Below are positions 56,111 through 64,000 of a stretch of 64,000 nucleotides of DNA, in pieces; within the stretch, counting starts at the first letter, position 1, and each line of letters starts with the position of its first letter. This stretch comes from Candidatus Kaiserbacteria bacterium. GTDB taxonomy: Bacteria > Patescibacteriota > Minisyncoccia > Phycocordibacterales > UBA2100. The stretch lies in NCBI GenBank assembly GCA_016186695.1, contig JACPLC010000005.1:64852-128851 (forward strand), in the 5' to 3' direction. The position numbers and the translations under genes were made by a program. The notes beneath the pieces were generated by a model. The model saw only the letters and a list, made by a program, of their open reading frames with translations. It did not search any database and was not told where the DNA came from.

Positions 56111-57322
56111 CTAGCAGTTGAGGACGGTGTTGGTGCCACCGCCAGCATTGCAGGTGTCGAAGTCGGGACCTCCATCGATGAAATCGTTTCCTCCAAGAGT
56201 AGTCACCGTATCTTCTCCGGCACCTGCGAAAACTTTGTTTTTGCCCCCGCCTGCCGAAATCGTGTCGTCACCATTACCCGTCTTTATCTGGTCATCTCCG
56301 TCTCCCGCGGTTACTATCTTGTTGCCATTGCCAGCGAGAACCGTGTTCTTCCCTGCACCTGCAGAAATCACTGACACTCCAGCGCCTATTTTTACGGTGT
56401 CGTTTCCATCTCCCAGACAAATGATGAAGTCACCATTTCCAGCGATTACTTTGTCATTGCCCCCCTTCCCCACAAACATCGTGAACGACGAAAGTGTCAC
56501 CGTGTCCCGGCCGGGCCCGCCATTCATCAACGTATAGCCTGCTGGAGCGACCGTCGGCGTGTCACATGCGTTTGCGGGAACTGATGGAATGTCGTTTGTT
56601 GCAGGCTTCACAGCGACGACTGGCTCATCCGCTTCTCTTGCAGAGGAGATATTGATCGTCATAGTCTCTGTTCCTGCGGTCGAGGCTGCGGACTTGAATG
56701 AGCCCGCGGTCCAGCCCATATCGCTTGTGGTGGGAACCATGAACTCCGTCTCGCCCGCACCGTATGACAACCATGTCGCGGTCTCCCACTTGGGGAGTGA
56801 AAGGAGAAGGGTGTTGCCCACGGTCGTCGTGACAGACGTAGAGTTTGAGGACTGACTACCCTCAAAAGTCACATTGGAAACGTCTACGGAGCTTGATTGA
56901 GCAGCGTCTTGAAGGGTGAAGACCGCGTAGTCGGCGAAAGTGGCACTTACAAAGTTGATCTCAAAGGGACCTGTCGATGGATTTGCGAGATAACCGACGT
57001 AGTAGCAGGCTCTGTTGAATGTTCCCGGGATACCAGAAATGGTGAGCGATGTTCCGTTCTGTGTAGCTGATATGGGCGCGGTGGGACAATCATTTTTTGA
57101 GATGAGAGCGATGAGAAGTTTGTTCGTGCCCCCAGAGGGTACCGTGTATTCGAAAGAGTGCGAGGTGGTATCGATGGCCTTCTGCATCGGCACAGGAAGT
57201 GAGTCGAGGATCGAAGGCGTTGTTGAGGCAGCATGAACAGCTGTAAAGAGTGTGCTCAGCGCGAACGCCATCGCGAAAATCGCAATCACTATTGTCGTGG
57301 ATATTGCTTCGTATCTAGTCAT
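56111..57322 (-). CDS. Secreted or membrane-anchored protein with C-terminal RTX-like (hemolysin-type Ca-binding, GGxGxDxUx) repeats.
   Basis: GNGDDTISAGGGKNKVFAGAGEDTVTTLGGNDFIDGG and GKGGNDKVIAGNGD. N-terminal TM/signal. Confidence 0.6.
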   Translation of the reverse strand: MTRYEAISTTIVIAIFAMAFALSTLFTAVHAASTTPSILDSLPVPMQKAIDTTSHSFEYTVPSGGTNKLLIALISKNDCPTAPISATQNGTSLTISGIPGTFNRACYYVGYLANPSTGPFEINFVSATFADYAVFTLQDAAQSSSVDVSNVTFEGSQSSNSTSVTTTVGNTLLLSLPKWETATWLSYGAGETEFMVPTTSDMGWTAGSFKSAASTAGTETMTINISSAREADEPVVAVKPATNDIPSVPANACDTPTVAPAGYTLMNGGPGRDTVTLSSFTMFVGKGGNDKVIAGNGDFIICLGDGNDTVKIGAGVSVISAGAGKNTVLAGNGNKIVTAGDGDDQIKTGNGDDTISAGGGKNKVFAGAGEDTVTTLGGNDFIDGGPDFDTCNAGGGTNTVLNC

Positions 57323-57327
57323 GTCCC

Positions 57328-57393
57328 TCTCTGAGGCCTCGATTCTTTCAAGACCTCATGAGAAGGAGGAACGGACTCGTTCCTCTTCTCGTT
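57328..57393 (-). promoter_or_regulatory. Conserved intergenic/leader unit, copy 1: a hairpin plus the CCTTCTCATGAGGTCTTGA and TCGAGGCCTCAGAGA boxes immediately upstream of the RTX-gene ATG.
   Basis: Minus strand GAGGAACG-AGTC-CGTTCCTC followed by the conserved boxes. A homologous unit lies at 63274..63398. Confidence 0.5.
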
Positions 57394-57397
57394 ACAG

Positions 57398-58867
57398 CTA
57401 ACGAAACCGTATCCGCGTGAAGTTGAGTGAATTCAGCGTCCTCCCGACACTGCTCGAGTTGCCCGTTAGAACGGCACCGCTTGTGCTTCCCGATCCGCCT
57501 GCGCCGCCGCTACCAGCCGTAGCCCCGCCGTTGTTTTCGTCACCGAGAGAGCCGCCAATGTCGCCACCGGTGCCGCCGGTACCGCCCGCGCTTCCGAGCC
57601 CGATGTTCTGACCCGTGTGAGAACGAGCCGAGGTCGTGTTGTTAATCATGCCACCATTGCAAACTTTCACCCGTATGCTCCCAGTGAGTGGAGGCGGACA
57701 GACTTCTAATTCAAACGCGCCTATATCACACCCCGGGCCTTGAGGCCGCGTAATACCCCGCTGGTCTGTAGTAACGGTGCAGGAAAGAAGTGGCACGGCA
57801 TCGATGGCAGGGCTTCCCGCAAGAAGTGCGTGCGTTTCTGTCTCGCCGCCATTGTTCTGGAGCGGACCAAGCAGCGGATCCGTGCTATTGAGGTCCCCTG
57901 TACCCCCGAGGGCACACGAGGCGTCGCTTGCTATGTTGTGCCCGAGGGAAGTAATGCCTCCAGCACAGTCGTCGGAGGGAGTTGCTGCTGTGTTTGAACT
58001 GACGATGGAGTTCTCCAGCGTCATGGTGCCCCCGAAGTTCCAGATGCCGCCGCCATTGTCGGTAGCGGTGTTATCGGTGATCGTCGCGTGCGTGATAAGC
58101 ACGGTACCGAACCTGTTGAAGATACCGCCGCCGTTCAGCGCGGTGTTTCCGCTAATAGTGCTGTTAGTAATGGTTATCGTCGGGTCGGCGCCGTAGATGC
58201 CGCCCCCGCGCCCTATCGTGCTGTTGCCGCTCACCGTGCTTCGCGTCAGTGTGAGCGTGCCCGAGCTGAAAATGCCTCCGCCGCCGCCGCTGGTGTTGGA
58301 ACCGAGCAGAATATTGTCGCTGACGGTCGTATCAGTCAGAGTGAGAGTGCCCGTATTCAAAATACCGCCACCGAAATTTTCGCCTGTGTTATCGGTAACG
58401 ATACTCTTAGTCAGCGTTAGAGTGCCTGCATTCAGGACGCCGCCGGCGCCTGCGCCCGCCTCGGGATCGCCGTTTTGGATCGTGACTGCGTCGATCAGGA
58501 CTGTCACCCCAGAGAAAACAGTGAGCACCCTGTCGATGCCGCCTCCGTCTATGATAGTGGTCGCTGCCCCTGCGCCACTCACGGTTAGGTCGTCTGTGAT
58601 GTCCAAGTCGCCGGTCGCATTCAGATCTTCTCCTGTGCCGACGATGCTAAGTGTGTACGTGCCAGCCGGTAGTGTGACGACGTCGGCGCCAGCGAGCGCA
58701 TTCGCTGCCCCTATTGCTTCCCGCAGAGAGCAGTCGGCATCACACACACCGTCATTAGTGTCCGCAGTTTTGGTGACGGTGAATGTGGCGGCGAGCGCCG
58801 GCGTGGCGAGCGTTAGCGGCACGAGCGCTACCCCAACAACGATAATCCTAGCAAGCAGAGTTTTCAT
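57398..58867 (-). CDS. Secreted CSLREA-domain (choice-of-anchor Q) right-handed beta-helix protein, ending in the shared Gly-rich module and ...LNFTRIRFR.
   Basis: CDADCSLREAIGAAN, then roughly 10 beta-helix rungs (GGGI.N.GTLTLT.STVSGN), then TSARSHTGQN...ENNGGATAGSGGAGG...NFTRIRFR. Confidence 0.65.
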   Translation of the reverse strand: MKTLLARIIVVGVALVPLTLATPALAATFTVTKTADTNDGVCDADCSLREAIGAANALAGADVVTLPAGTYTLSIVGTGEDLNATGDLDITDDLTVSGAGAATTIIDGGGIDRVLTVFSGVTVLIDAVTIQNGDPEAGAGAGGVLNAGTLTLTKSIVTDNTGENFGGGILNTGTLTLTDTTVSDNILLGSNTSGGGGGIFSSGTLTLTRSTVSGNSTIGRGGGIYGADPTITITNSTISGNTALNGGGIFNRFGTVLITHATITDNTATDNGGGIWNFGGTMTLENSIVSSNTAATPSDDCAGGITSLGHNIASDASCALGGTGDLNSTDPLLGPLQNNGGETETHALLAGSPAIDAVPLLSCTVTTDQRGITRPQGPGCDIGAFELEVCPPPLTGSIRVKVCNGGMINNTTSARSHTGQNIGLGSAGGTGGTGGDIGGSLGDENNGGATAGSGGAGGSGSTSGAVLTGNSSSVGRTLNSLNFTRIRFR

Positions 58868-58898
58868 AAAGCGTAAGTGTTTTAGTCATAGCGTGTGG

Positions 58899-59570
58899 CT
58901 ATCGGCCGATGCGAACCACGGTGTGGTTCGCTACGTTCGTAGAGAACGAACTCGAAGAGGTCGTGCCGGAGGAAATGCTCCCCTGACTCACGGCCGAGCC
59001 GCCGTTCCCGCCGTTTCCGGCCGATGCGCCTCCGTTGTTGTCGGCGCCGCCGGTGCCGGAAACATCCCCGCCGTTTCCGCCAACGTATCCGTTTCCGCCG
59101 TTCCCTGCGCTTGCGCCTCCGTTGTTGCTAGTGCCGCCACCGAGCGATGCGACGTTGCCTCCGTCGCCAGCATTCCGTCCCGAGCCTCCGCTCCCCGCCG
59201 ATGAGCCGCCGTTGTTGCTTGAGCCGCCGCCGGAGCTGCTGACATCGCCTCCGTTGCCCGCATCATATCCATTGCCGCCATTCCCCGCCGATGAGCCGCC
59301 GTTGTTGCTCGAGCCGCCCGAAGCAGAGCTCGATCCGCCATTTCCGCCGACCTGCCCGCTTCCGCCACTGCCCGCAGAACTTCCTCCATTGTTCCCTGAA
59401 CCGAACGCGGAGAACAAGCTACTGCCCGAGGTGCGCTCAAGCCGTTCGCTCTGCACACGGATCATCGCCGCCTCGGCGAAGTACGGCAGTGTTATGAAAA
59501 CAACCGCAGAGACGAGCACCCCGATCGCAAGTCCGAGGACGGCAATTTCTTTCTTTTCCAGAAATTTCAT
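58899..59570 (-). CDS. Secreted Gly/Ser/Asn repeat protein (about 27-aa repeats SNNGGSSAGSGGSG.NGGNGG...), ending ...NHTVVRIGR.
   Basis: N-terminal TM, then about 6 repeats, then the C-terminal motif. Confidence 0.6.
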   Translation of the reverse strand: MKFLEKKEIAVLGLAIGVLVSAVVFITLPYFAEAAMIRVQSERLERTSGSSLFSAFGSGNNGGSSAGSGGSGQVGGNGGSSSASGGSSNNGGSSAGNGGNGYDAGNGGDVSSSGGGSSNNGGSSAGSGGSGRNAGDGGNVASLGGGTSNNGGASAGNGGNGYVGGNGGDVSGTGGADNNGGASAGNGGNGGSAVSQGSISSGTTSSSSFSTNVANHTVVRIGR

Positions 59571-59600
59571 ACGTGACGTTACTAATTAATAATTACTGGC

Positions 59601-62600
59601 CTAATTTCCAAAAAACCAGCCGCCGATAGTGCTTACGTTGAAACGGCCGGCGCCACGCGAGTTCGTACTGTCTTCCTTCTTTGGCTCCTTCTTGGCCGTC
59701 GGTTTAGGTTTCGCTGCAGCCGCAGGCTTCTTGGGAGCCGGAGTTGACACCGACTCGGGAGCTACAGCGACAGGCGCCTGCGCCGCAGCGACAGGTTCCG
59801 AAACAGGAGCTGCGCCGCCGCAGTAGACCGCATTGATCTTTTTCAGCGTCGAAGCGTACACACTGCCGGTGCCGCGTGTGAGTCCGAAGGGGGCGAGAAC
59901 CTCGCTCGTGTGTTTTTCCTGGAATGTGCTGACTGCTGCTGCCGTCAGCGCACCATAGAAGCCGGATATCGGAAGATTCGAGCCGACATCGAAGTTCAGA
60001 AATGCTTGCAGCTTTTTGACCTCAAGCGTATTCGTCGAACCACGGCGCAGGTATGTGGATAGAAGCGGGCTACATGCCGCTGCTGCTGCGGGAGGCGGCG
60101 TCGCTGCCGTTGCCGTTGAAGCCCCCAAGACTTTTCCTTCGGCAAAGGTCACGTCTCCCCACCCTTCTGCAGGCGGCATTTTGCTTACCATCGGCGCAAA
60201 TGTCGTTTCGTTGCGCTGACCCGTGATGCGTCCGACGTTACGATAGGTGCCGGGCTTGGTTTTGAGGGCATCGAATTCCACCGTGTAGGTAAGGGTTACC
60301 TGATCTCCGGCTTCAAGAGCGCCAAGTTTCCAGCTGCGCGTGCTAAGCGGCCTGTTCCAGGGGTCATAGAGAATATCGGAAAGAGTCGTGTGGTATGCAG
60401 GTCGGGCCCACTTGTCGTTCGTCACGACCACTTTGTAGTCGATAAGGATAGAAGAAGCTGTGGTGCTCGCCGAGAGTGTTGCACTCTTCGAAACTGTTAT
60501 TTTGGGATCGACATTGGGGTCTGCTGTGGAGATCCCCGGTGTCGATGTCGCAAAAACGAAGACAACAGGAACCGGGCCGCCGCTCGAAGAGCCGGCGGTT
60601 GTCGGAAGGCCTCCGCCTCCACCACCTCCGCCGCCCCCACCACCACCGCTCGAAGACCCTGAGCTTGTCGAAGGGCTACCACCGCCCCCGCCTCCGCCTC
60701 CGCCCCCGCCCGAGGAACTGGAACCAGAGGAATCCCCTCCGCCGCCGCCTCCACCAGAAGATCCTGAGGAAGATGAATCCCCTCCGCCGCCGCCACCGCC
60801 CGAGGAATTGGAATCCGAGGAACCGCCTCCTCCGCCGCTTCCACCAGAGGATGAATCGGTTGATCCTCCGGGAGAGCCCGAACCAGAGTCGCCACTGCCC
60901 GAGGAGCCTCCCTCACTTCCGGTATTTGAACTTGTGCCGATGACATTGACCGTCACGGTGCTCGTGTTGTCACTCTCATTTTGATCATGCTCCGCGCCCA
61001 CGACCCTCACGTTCATTGAAACGGGCACGGTTGCTCCTTGAGAGAGACCCAAAAGACGCACGGGGCCTTTTGCGGAGTATGCACGCGTCTCCCCTGGCAA
61101 AAGGGTCCCGAGATTCCATTTGATGCCTGTCTCCGTTTCAAGAGCACCGCTCGACACTTGCGAAAGAGAGAGCTGGCTCCTGTCGTACGTTGCGTGCAGG
61201 GCGACGTTGCTTGCGGCTTTGTCACCGTTATTCCGAACGGTGAACTGATACTGCACTTCTGAATTTGGCTGAGAGGTCGTCGGACTCACGCTCGCGGAGA
61301 CCGAGAGATCCGGATTACTGCCTCCGAAGTTAATGTTGCCGTTCCAGTCTCCGTAGATGTTGAAAATACCGAGGACCCAGTTTCGGTTCACGATGTTGGT
61401 GTTCACCATGTTGATGACGTTGGCCGTCGCGAACGCATCACCCGAGCGCACCGAAGCGATACCGTCCTCCACCGCACCTGTGTTATTACCCGTTTCCGCG
61501 ATGACCTCCACATCGGTCTGCACCTTTGCAAGGTTCGTCGATGAAGCGAGGAACGACGACGAGTTCAGGATGCCCGTCGAGCCCGAGGTGCGCTGTCTCG
61601 GGCCGGAAACGATCTCAAACCCGTAGTCCGTCTCGTGCGCCGTAAGTTCGCGCGGCAGGCCGACGACCGAACCGTTCCAATTACCCCACACGCGAAAGAT
61701 GAAATGCACAGAAGCTCCGCCCACCCTTGTTTGGTTCGCCGAGGTATAGCTCTTCGAAGAAGATCGCGCGAGGCCGGTTACCACCTCCCCGTGTCCGAGC
61801 GCAGTCGAGCTCGCCGTGTTGCCGCCGGTCACCGCGCGTGCGGTCGTCGTCCCGAAGAAGTCCTCGTCATTCGTATTGTCGACGACGAAGGAACTCGAGT
61901 TCATGGTCGGCAGTGAAGAGGTCCCGTTCAAAAGCGCGCCGAAGAATTTCTCGTCGGGAAGAACGATGTCTTCCTGCAGGTCGCCGAAGCTGCTCGCCGA
62001 AACGAGGAGGTAGCTCGAGTTGATGAAGTTGGTGTTCACGAGGTTCAAGACGTTGGCAGAGGCATACGCGCTCCCGGTATCGATCACGGCGTCCCCGGCA
62101 TCAGTCGAGGTCGCCGAGTTCGCGCCTGTCGTTGCACGTACCAATACTTTGTTCGTTACGGTTGCGGTGTTGTTGTTGAGAATATCCAAATCGGCGCTGT
62201 TGAGACACGTGAGAATCGTACAGCCGAGCTCTGTGGGGCTATTCCCCGGACCCTGCTCAGAGAAGTATGAAAGATCAAAATCCCGCAGATCCAGTCGATC
62301 TCCCGTCGAAGAATTGAGGAAGAGCACAAGTCCGTCGGAGTTGAAAAGGTTGGTATTCACGACGTTTGTGACCTCGGCAGTGGCTATCGCCTTGCCCGTG
62401 GCGATCAGCGCTGTGCCGCCGGTACCACCCGTAGCTTGGTTTTCCCCCGTAAACGCTCGGGCTTGTCCATCGGTCGTAAGCTCGGCATCGTTCGTGGCGG
62501 AAGAGGTGATGTGAGAGCTGTTTGTTTTCCCCGGCGCGTCTACGTTCGTGCGTGTGATGTTCAAGACGTTGTGAACCGTCGTCGTTGCCGTCGCATCTCC

Positions 62601-63266
62601 TGTCAATACCGTCCCGCCGATCTTCGCACCCGTGCCGTCACCGGAGACTGCCGACCTGAAGACAGGCTCGTCGGGTGCTGCCGCCTCGGTCGTTGTTGCA
62701 CTGACGTCGATGATCGGCTTATCGGGATTTGGCGGCTTCGCGGTCCCCACATTGGTAAAGTCGGTATTGTCCGTGCCACTCTCCTCCGGCGCTACATCCC
62801 CCGAACTCGTCGAAGAAGTGGACGAAGCAGAAGGATCTCCCGCGTCTGTTGCGGTCGTACCCGGCCCGCTTGCCGCGAACAAGCTCGGCTCCGGCGCACT
62901 CGAACCCGACTCTACTTGAGAGGATGACTCTGATGGAGGAGGTGGCGCTGGCGACTCTTCCGGAGCCGGCTCTGCGGGCGTTCCCGTCTCGGTAGAGGTT
63001 TCGCTCGTCCCCGCGGTCCGGTCGCGCTCCGCCCGTGGGCTCGTGGGATCTGTTGATGTTGCTTCCTGCGCAAAGGCGCTCGGTATCGGCGTGATGCCGA
63101 CGACAAGCGCCACCATCACCGTAAGTGATAGTGTGCGCATGATGGATATTGACCCCGTTAGAGAACCAGTCCCGTAAAAGAGATTCAGCCGTCCCGAATA
63201 CGCCGTTCGATACGGGAAGGCACCCAAGCGCCGTTTCTCTAACGGGGTTGACATCTTCTTATCCAT
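59601..63266 (-). CDS. Giant secreted cell-wall-associated protein with N-terminal AR.xTG.N...VNTN..N repeats, a jelly-roll-like region, two DUF11-like repeat domains, a poly-Gly linker and a C-terminal peptidoglycan-binding (PG_binding_1) domain.
   Basis: PG-binding LRRGSTNTLEVKKLQAFLNFDVGSNLPISGFYGALTAAAVSTFQ. DUF11-like PDLSVSASVSPTT...FTVRNNGDKAASNV. The start is ambiguous: GTG 63299 in the track, ATG 63266 in the conserved RBS context, or ATG 63140 directly before the hydrophobic signal MRTLSLTVMVALVVG. Confidence 0.6.
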   Translation of the reverse strand: MDKKMSTPLEKRRLGAFPYRTAYSGRLNLFYGTGSLTGSISIMRTLSLTVMVALVVGITPIPSAFAQEATSTDPTSPRAERDRTAGTSETSTETGTPAEPAPEESPAPPPPSESSSQVESGSSAPEPSLFAASGPGTTATDAGDPSASSTSSTSSGDVAPEESGTDNTDFTNVGTAKPPNPDKPIIDVSATTTEAAAPDEPVFRSAVSGDGTGAKIGGTVLTGDATATTTVHNVLNITRTNVDAPGKTNSSHITSSATNDAELTTDGQARAFTGENQATGGTGGTALIATGKAIATAEVTNVVNTNLFNSDGLVLFLNSSTGDRLDLRDFDLSYFSEQGPGNSPTELGCTILTCLNSADLDILNNNTATVTNKVLVRATTGANSATSTDAGDAVIDTGSAYASANVLNLVNTNFINSSYLLVSASSFGDLQEDIVLPDEKFFGALLNGTSSLPTMNSSSFVVDNTNDEDFFGTTTARAVTGGNTASSTALGHGEVVTGLARSSSKSYTSANQTRVGGASVHFIFRVWGNWNGSVVGLPRELTAHETDYGFEIVSGPRQRTSGSTGILNSSSFLASSTNLAKVQTDVEVIAETGNNTGAVEDGIASVRSGDAFATANVINMVNTNIVNRNWVLGIFNIYGDWNGNINFGGSNPDLSVSASVSPTTSQPNSEVQYQFTVRNNGDKAASNVALHATYDRSQLSLSQVSSGALETETGIKWNLGTLLPGETRAYSAKGPVRLLGLSQGATVPVSMNVRVVGAEHDQNESDNTSTVTVNVIGTSSNTGSEGGSSGSGDSGSGSPGGSTDSSSGGSGGGGGSSDSNSSGGGGGGGDSSSSGSSGGGGGGGDSSGSSSSGGGGGGGGGGGSPSTSSGSSSGGGGGGGGGGGGGLPTTAGSSSGGPVPVVFVFATSTPGISTADPNVDPKITVSKSATLSASTTASSILIDYKVVVTNDKWARPAYHTTLSDILYDPWNRPLSTRSWKLGALEAGDQVTLTYTVEFDALKTKPGTYRNVGRITGQRNETTFAPMVSKMPPAEGWGDVTFAEGKVLGASTATAATPPPAAAAACSPLLSTYLRRGSTNTLEVKKLQAFLNFDVGSNLPISGFYGALTAAAVSTFQEKHTSEVLAPFGLTRGTGSVYASTLKKINAVYCGGAAPVSEPVAAAQAPVAVAPESVSTPAPKKPAAAAKPKPTAKKEPKKEDSTNSRGAGRFNVSTIGGWFFGN

Positions 63267-63273
63267 GTTTTCT

Positions 63274-63398
63274 TCTCTGAGGCCTCGAATTTTTACCACT
63301 CATATCCATGGTGGTCAAGACCTCATGAGAAGGAGGGACCGTCGGCGGAATCCGATGCATCGAGTCGAACTGCGTTCGGTCCCTTTCTTCTCTCGTTC
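63274..63398 (-). promoter_or_regulatory. Conserved intergenic/leader unit, copy 2 (it carries insertions relative to copy 1).
   Basis: The boxes GGTCCCTCCTTCTCATGAGGTCTTGA and TCGAGGCCTCAGAGA are shared with 57328..57393. Confidence 0.45.
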
Positions 63399-63430
63399 AG
63401 ATGTTTCCAAGTCAGAACGACAGCTCACGA

Positions 63431-64000
63431 CTACAAGCGAACACGAATAATGGTCGTGTTCAGGAGGTTGATCGTGCCGGAAGTCGAGCTTGCAGCGCCC
63501 GTGTGGATTTCTCCACCGAGGCCGCCAGCGCCGCCTGAGCCACCAGTACCAGCCGATGCACCACCGTTGTTTTCGCTGCCACCTGCGCCGTCAATGTCGC
63601 CACCGACGCCGCCAGTGCCACCGATGCTTCCGTCCGCGAGGTTCTGGCCAGAGCGACCGCGAGCCTGCGTTACGTTGTTGATGGCGTTGTCGTCATCGTC
63701 GTTGTCAGTCGTGACATCAAGAGTGACGCTGTTTATGTCGCCACAGTCACAAGTGAATTCGACGTCGACATCCGTGCCGTTGAGGCTGTTCTCCGTGCCG
63801 GCGTCAGCCGAGGCGTCGCCCGTTTGCACGAAGCCGCCTGCGCCGCCGTTGCCGCCGTTTCCACCGTTTCCGGCAGAAGCGCCGCCGTTGTTCTCACTGC
63901 CACCGCCACCGTTGACGTTGCCGCCGTTGCCGCCGTTGCCGCCAATGCTTCCGAGCGCAACGTTCTCCCCTGTGTGAGAGTCAGCCTGCGTCAGGTTATT
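63431..64000 (-). CDS. Partial CDS (the N-terminus lies beyond the right window edge): secreted Gly/Asn-rich protein with two tandem C-terminal modules. The internal one ends acidic (TDVDVEF); the terminal one ends ...LLNTTIIRVRL.
   Basis: The frame stays open from 63829 to 64000 by hand translation (...TQADSHTGENVALGSIGGNGGNGGNVNGGGGSENNGGASAGNGGNGG...). Confidence 0.6.
   Translation of the reverse strand, partial: NNLTQADSHTGENVALGSIGGNGGNGGNVNGGGGSENNGGASAGNGGNGGNGGAGGFVQTGDASADAGTENSLNGTDVDVEFTCDCGDINSVTLDVTTDNDDDDNAINNVTQARGRSGQNLADGSIGGTGGVGGDIDGAGGSENNGGASAGTGGSGGAGGLGGEIHTGAASSTSGTINLLNTTIIRVRL

Noticed and set aside
60460-60984. Plus-strand ORFs encoding poly-Pro/Glu (PPPPPPPPPPP...) and several other long antisense ORFs. 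Examples: 1610..2380, 3653..4666, 15043..15714, 25980..27185, 33012..34094, 33910..34968, 45027..46202, 45092..45751, 54134..55231, 54213..54920.
   Set aside because: These are shadow ORFs on the opposite strand of well-supported genes in GC-rich DNA. Their low-complexity or Arg-rich translations mirror the real poly-Gly, collagen or enzyme genes. None has its own motifs.

Overview
This 64-kb window is GC-rich (roughly 60%) bacterial chromosomal DNA, densely coding on both strands. I found no rRNA, tRNA or CRISPR array by eye.

**Left third (about 1-18 kb), transport and housekeeping:**
- a partial minus-strand gene running off the left edge (1..598), which is not in the ORF track
- a P2-type cation P-type ATPase
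- a YjeF_C NAD(P)H-hydrate dehydratase
- an SPFH protein
- a PQQ/sGDH-type sugar dehydrogenase
- PEP synthase (ppsA)
- a SWIB-domain protein
- a LOG-family protein
- a cytidylyltransferase

**Middle (about 18-42 kb), nucleotide and one-carbon metabolism:**
- A standalone PurH-type IMP-cyclohydrolase domain.
- An ABC exporter pair whose ATPase and permease genes are split by a four-helix-bundle gene.
- A minus-strand purine operon: purL (with a PurS-like N-domain), purQ, an embedded M23 peptidase, purE, purM, purC, purB.
- A folate/dTMP cluster: two RibA-type GTP cyclohydrolases and a TrpF-like barrel, then folA, dcd, thyA, tmk and glyA.
- This cluster is interrupted by a REP-flanked IS200-like (RAYT) transposase.

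**Right third (about 43-64 kb), a surface-protein island:**
- a collagen-like protein
- an ArsR-type regulator bracketed by two identical 22-bp palindromes
- a CAP-domain protein
- a processive GT2 glycosyltransferase translationally coupled to a small 2-TM protein
- a J-domain protein
- an S8 subtilase
- an RTX-repeat protein
- a CSLREA beta-helix protein
- a roughly 1200-aa peptidoglycan-binding giant protein
- at least five paralogous Gly/Asn-rich secreted proteins

The five paralogs share a C-terminal module ending N-x-[ST]-x-x-R-I-R-x-R. Some of these genes also share conserved leader or intergenic sequence elements. This family and its associated conserved elements are the best candidate here for a previously undescribed system.

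Coordinates of elements read by eye (hairpins, palindromes, repeats) may be off by 1-2 nt.
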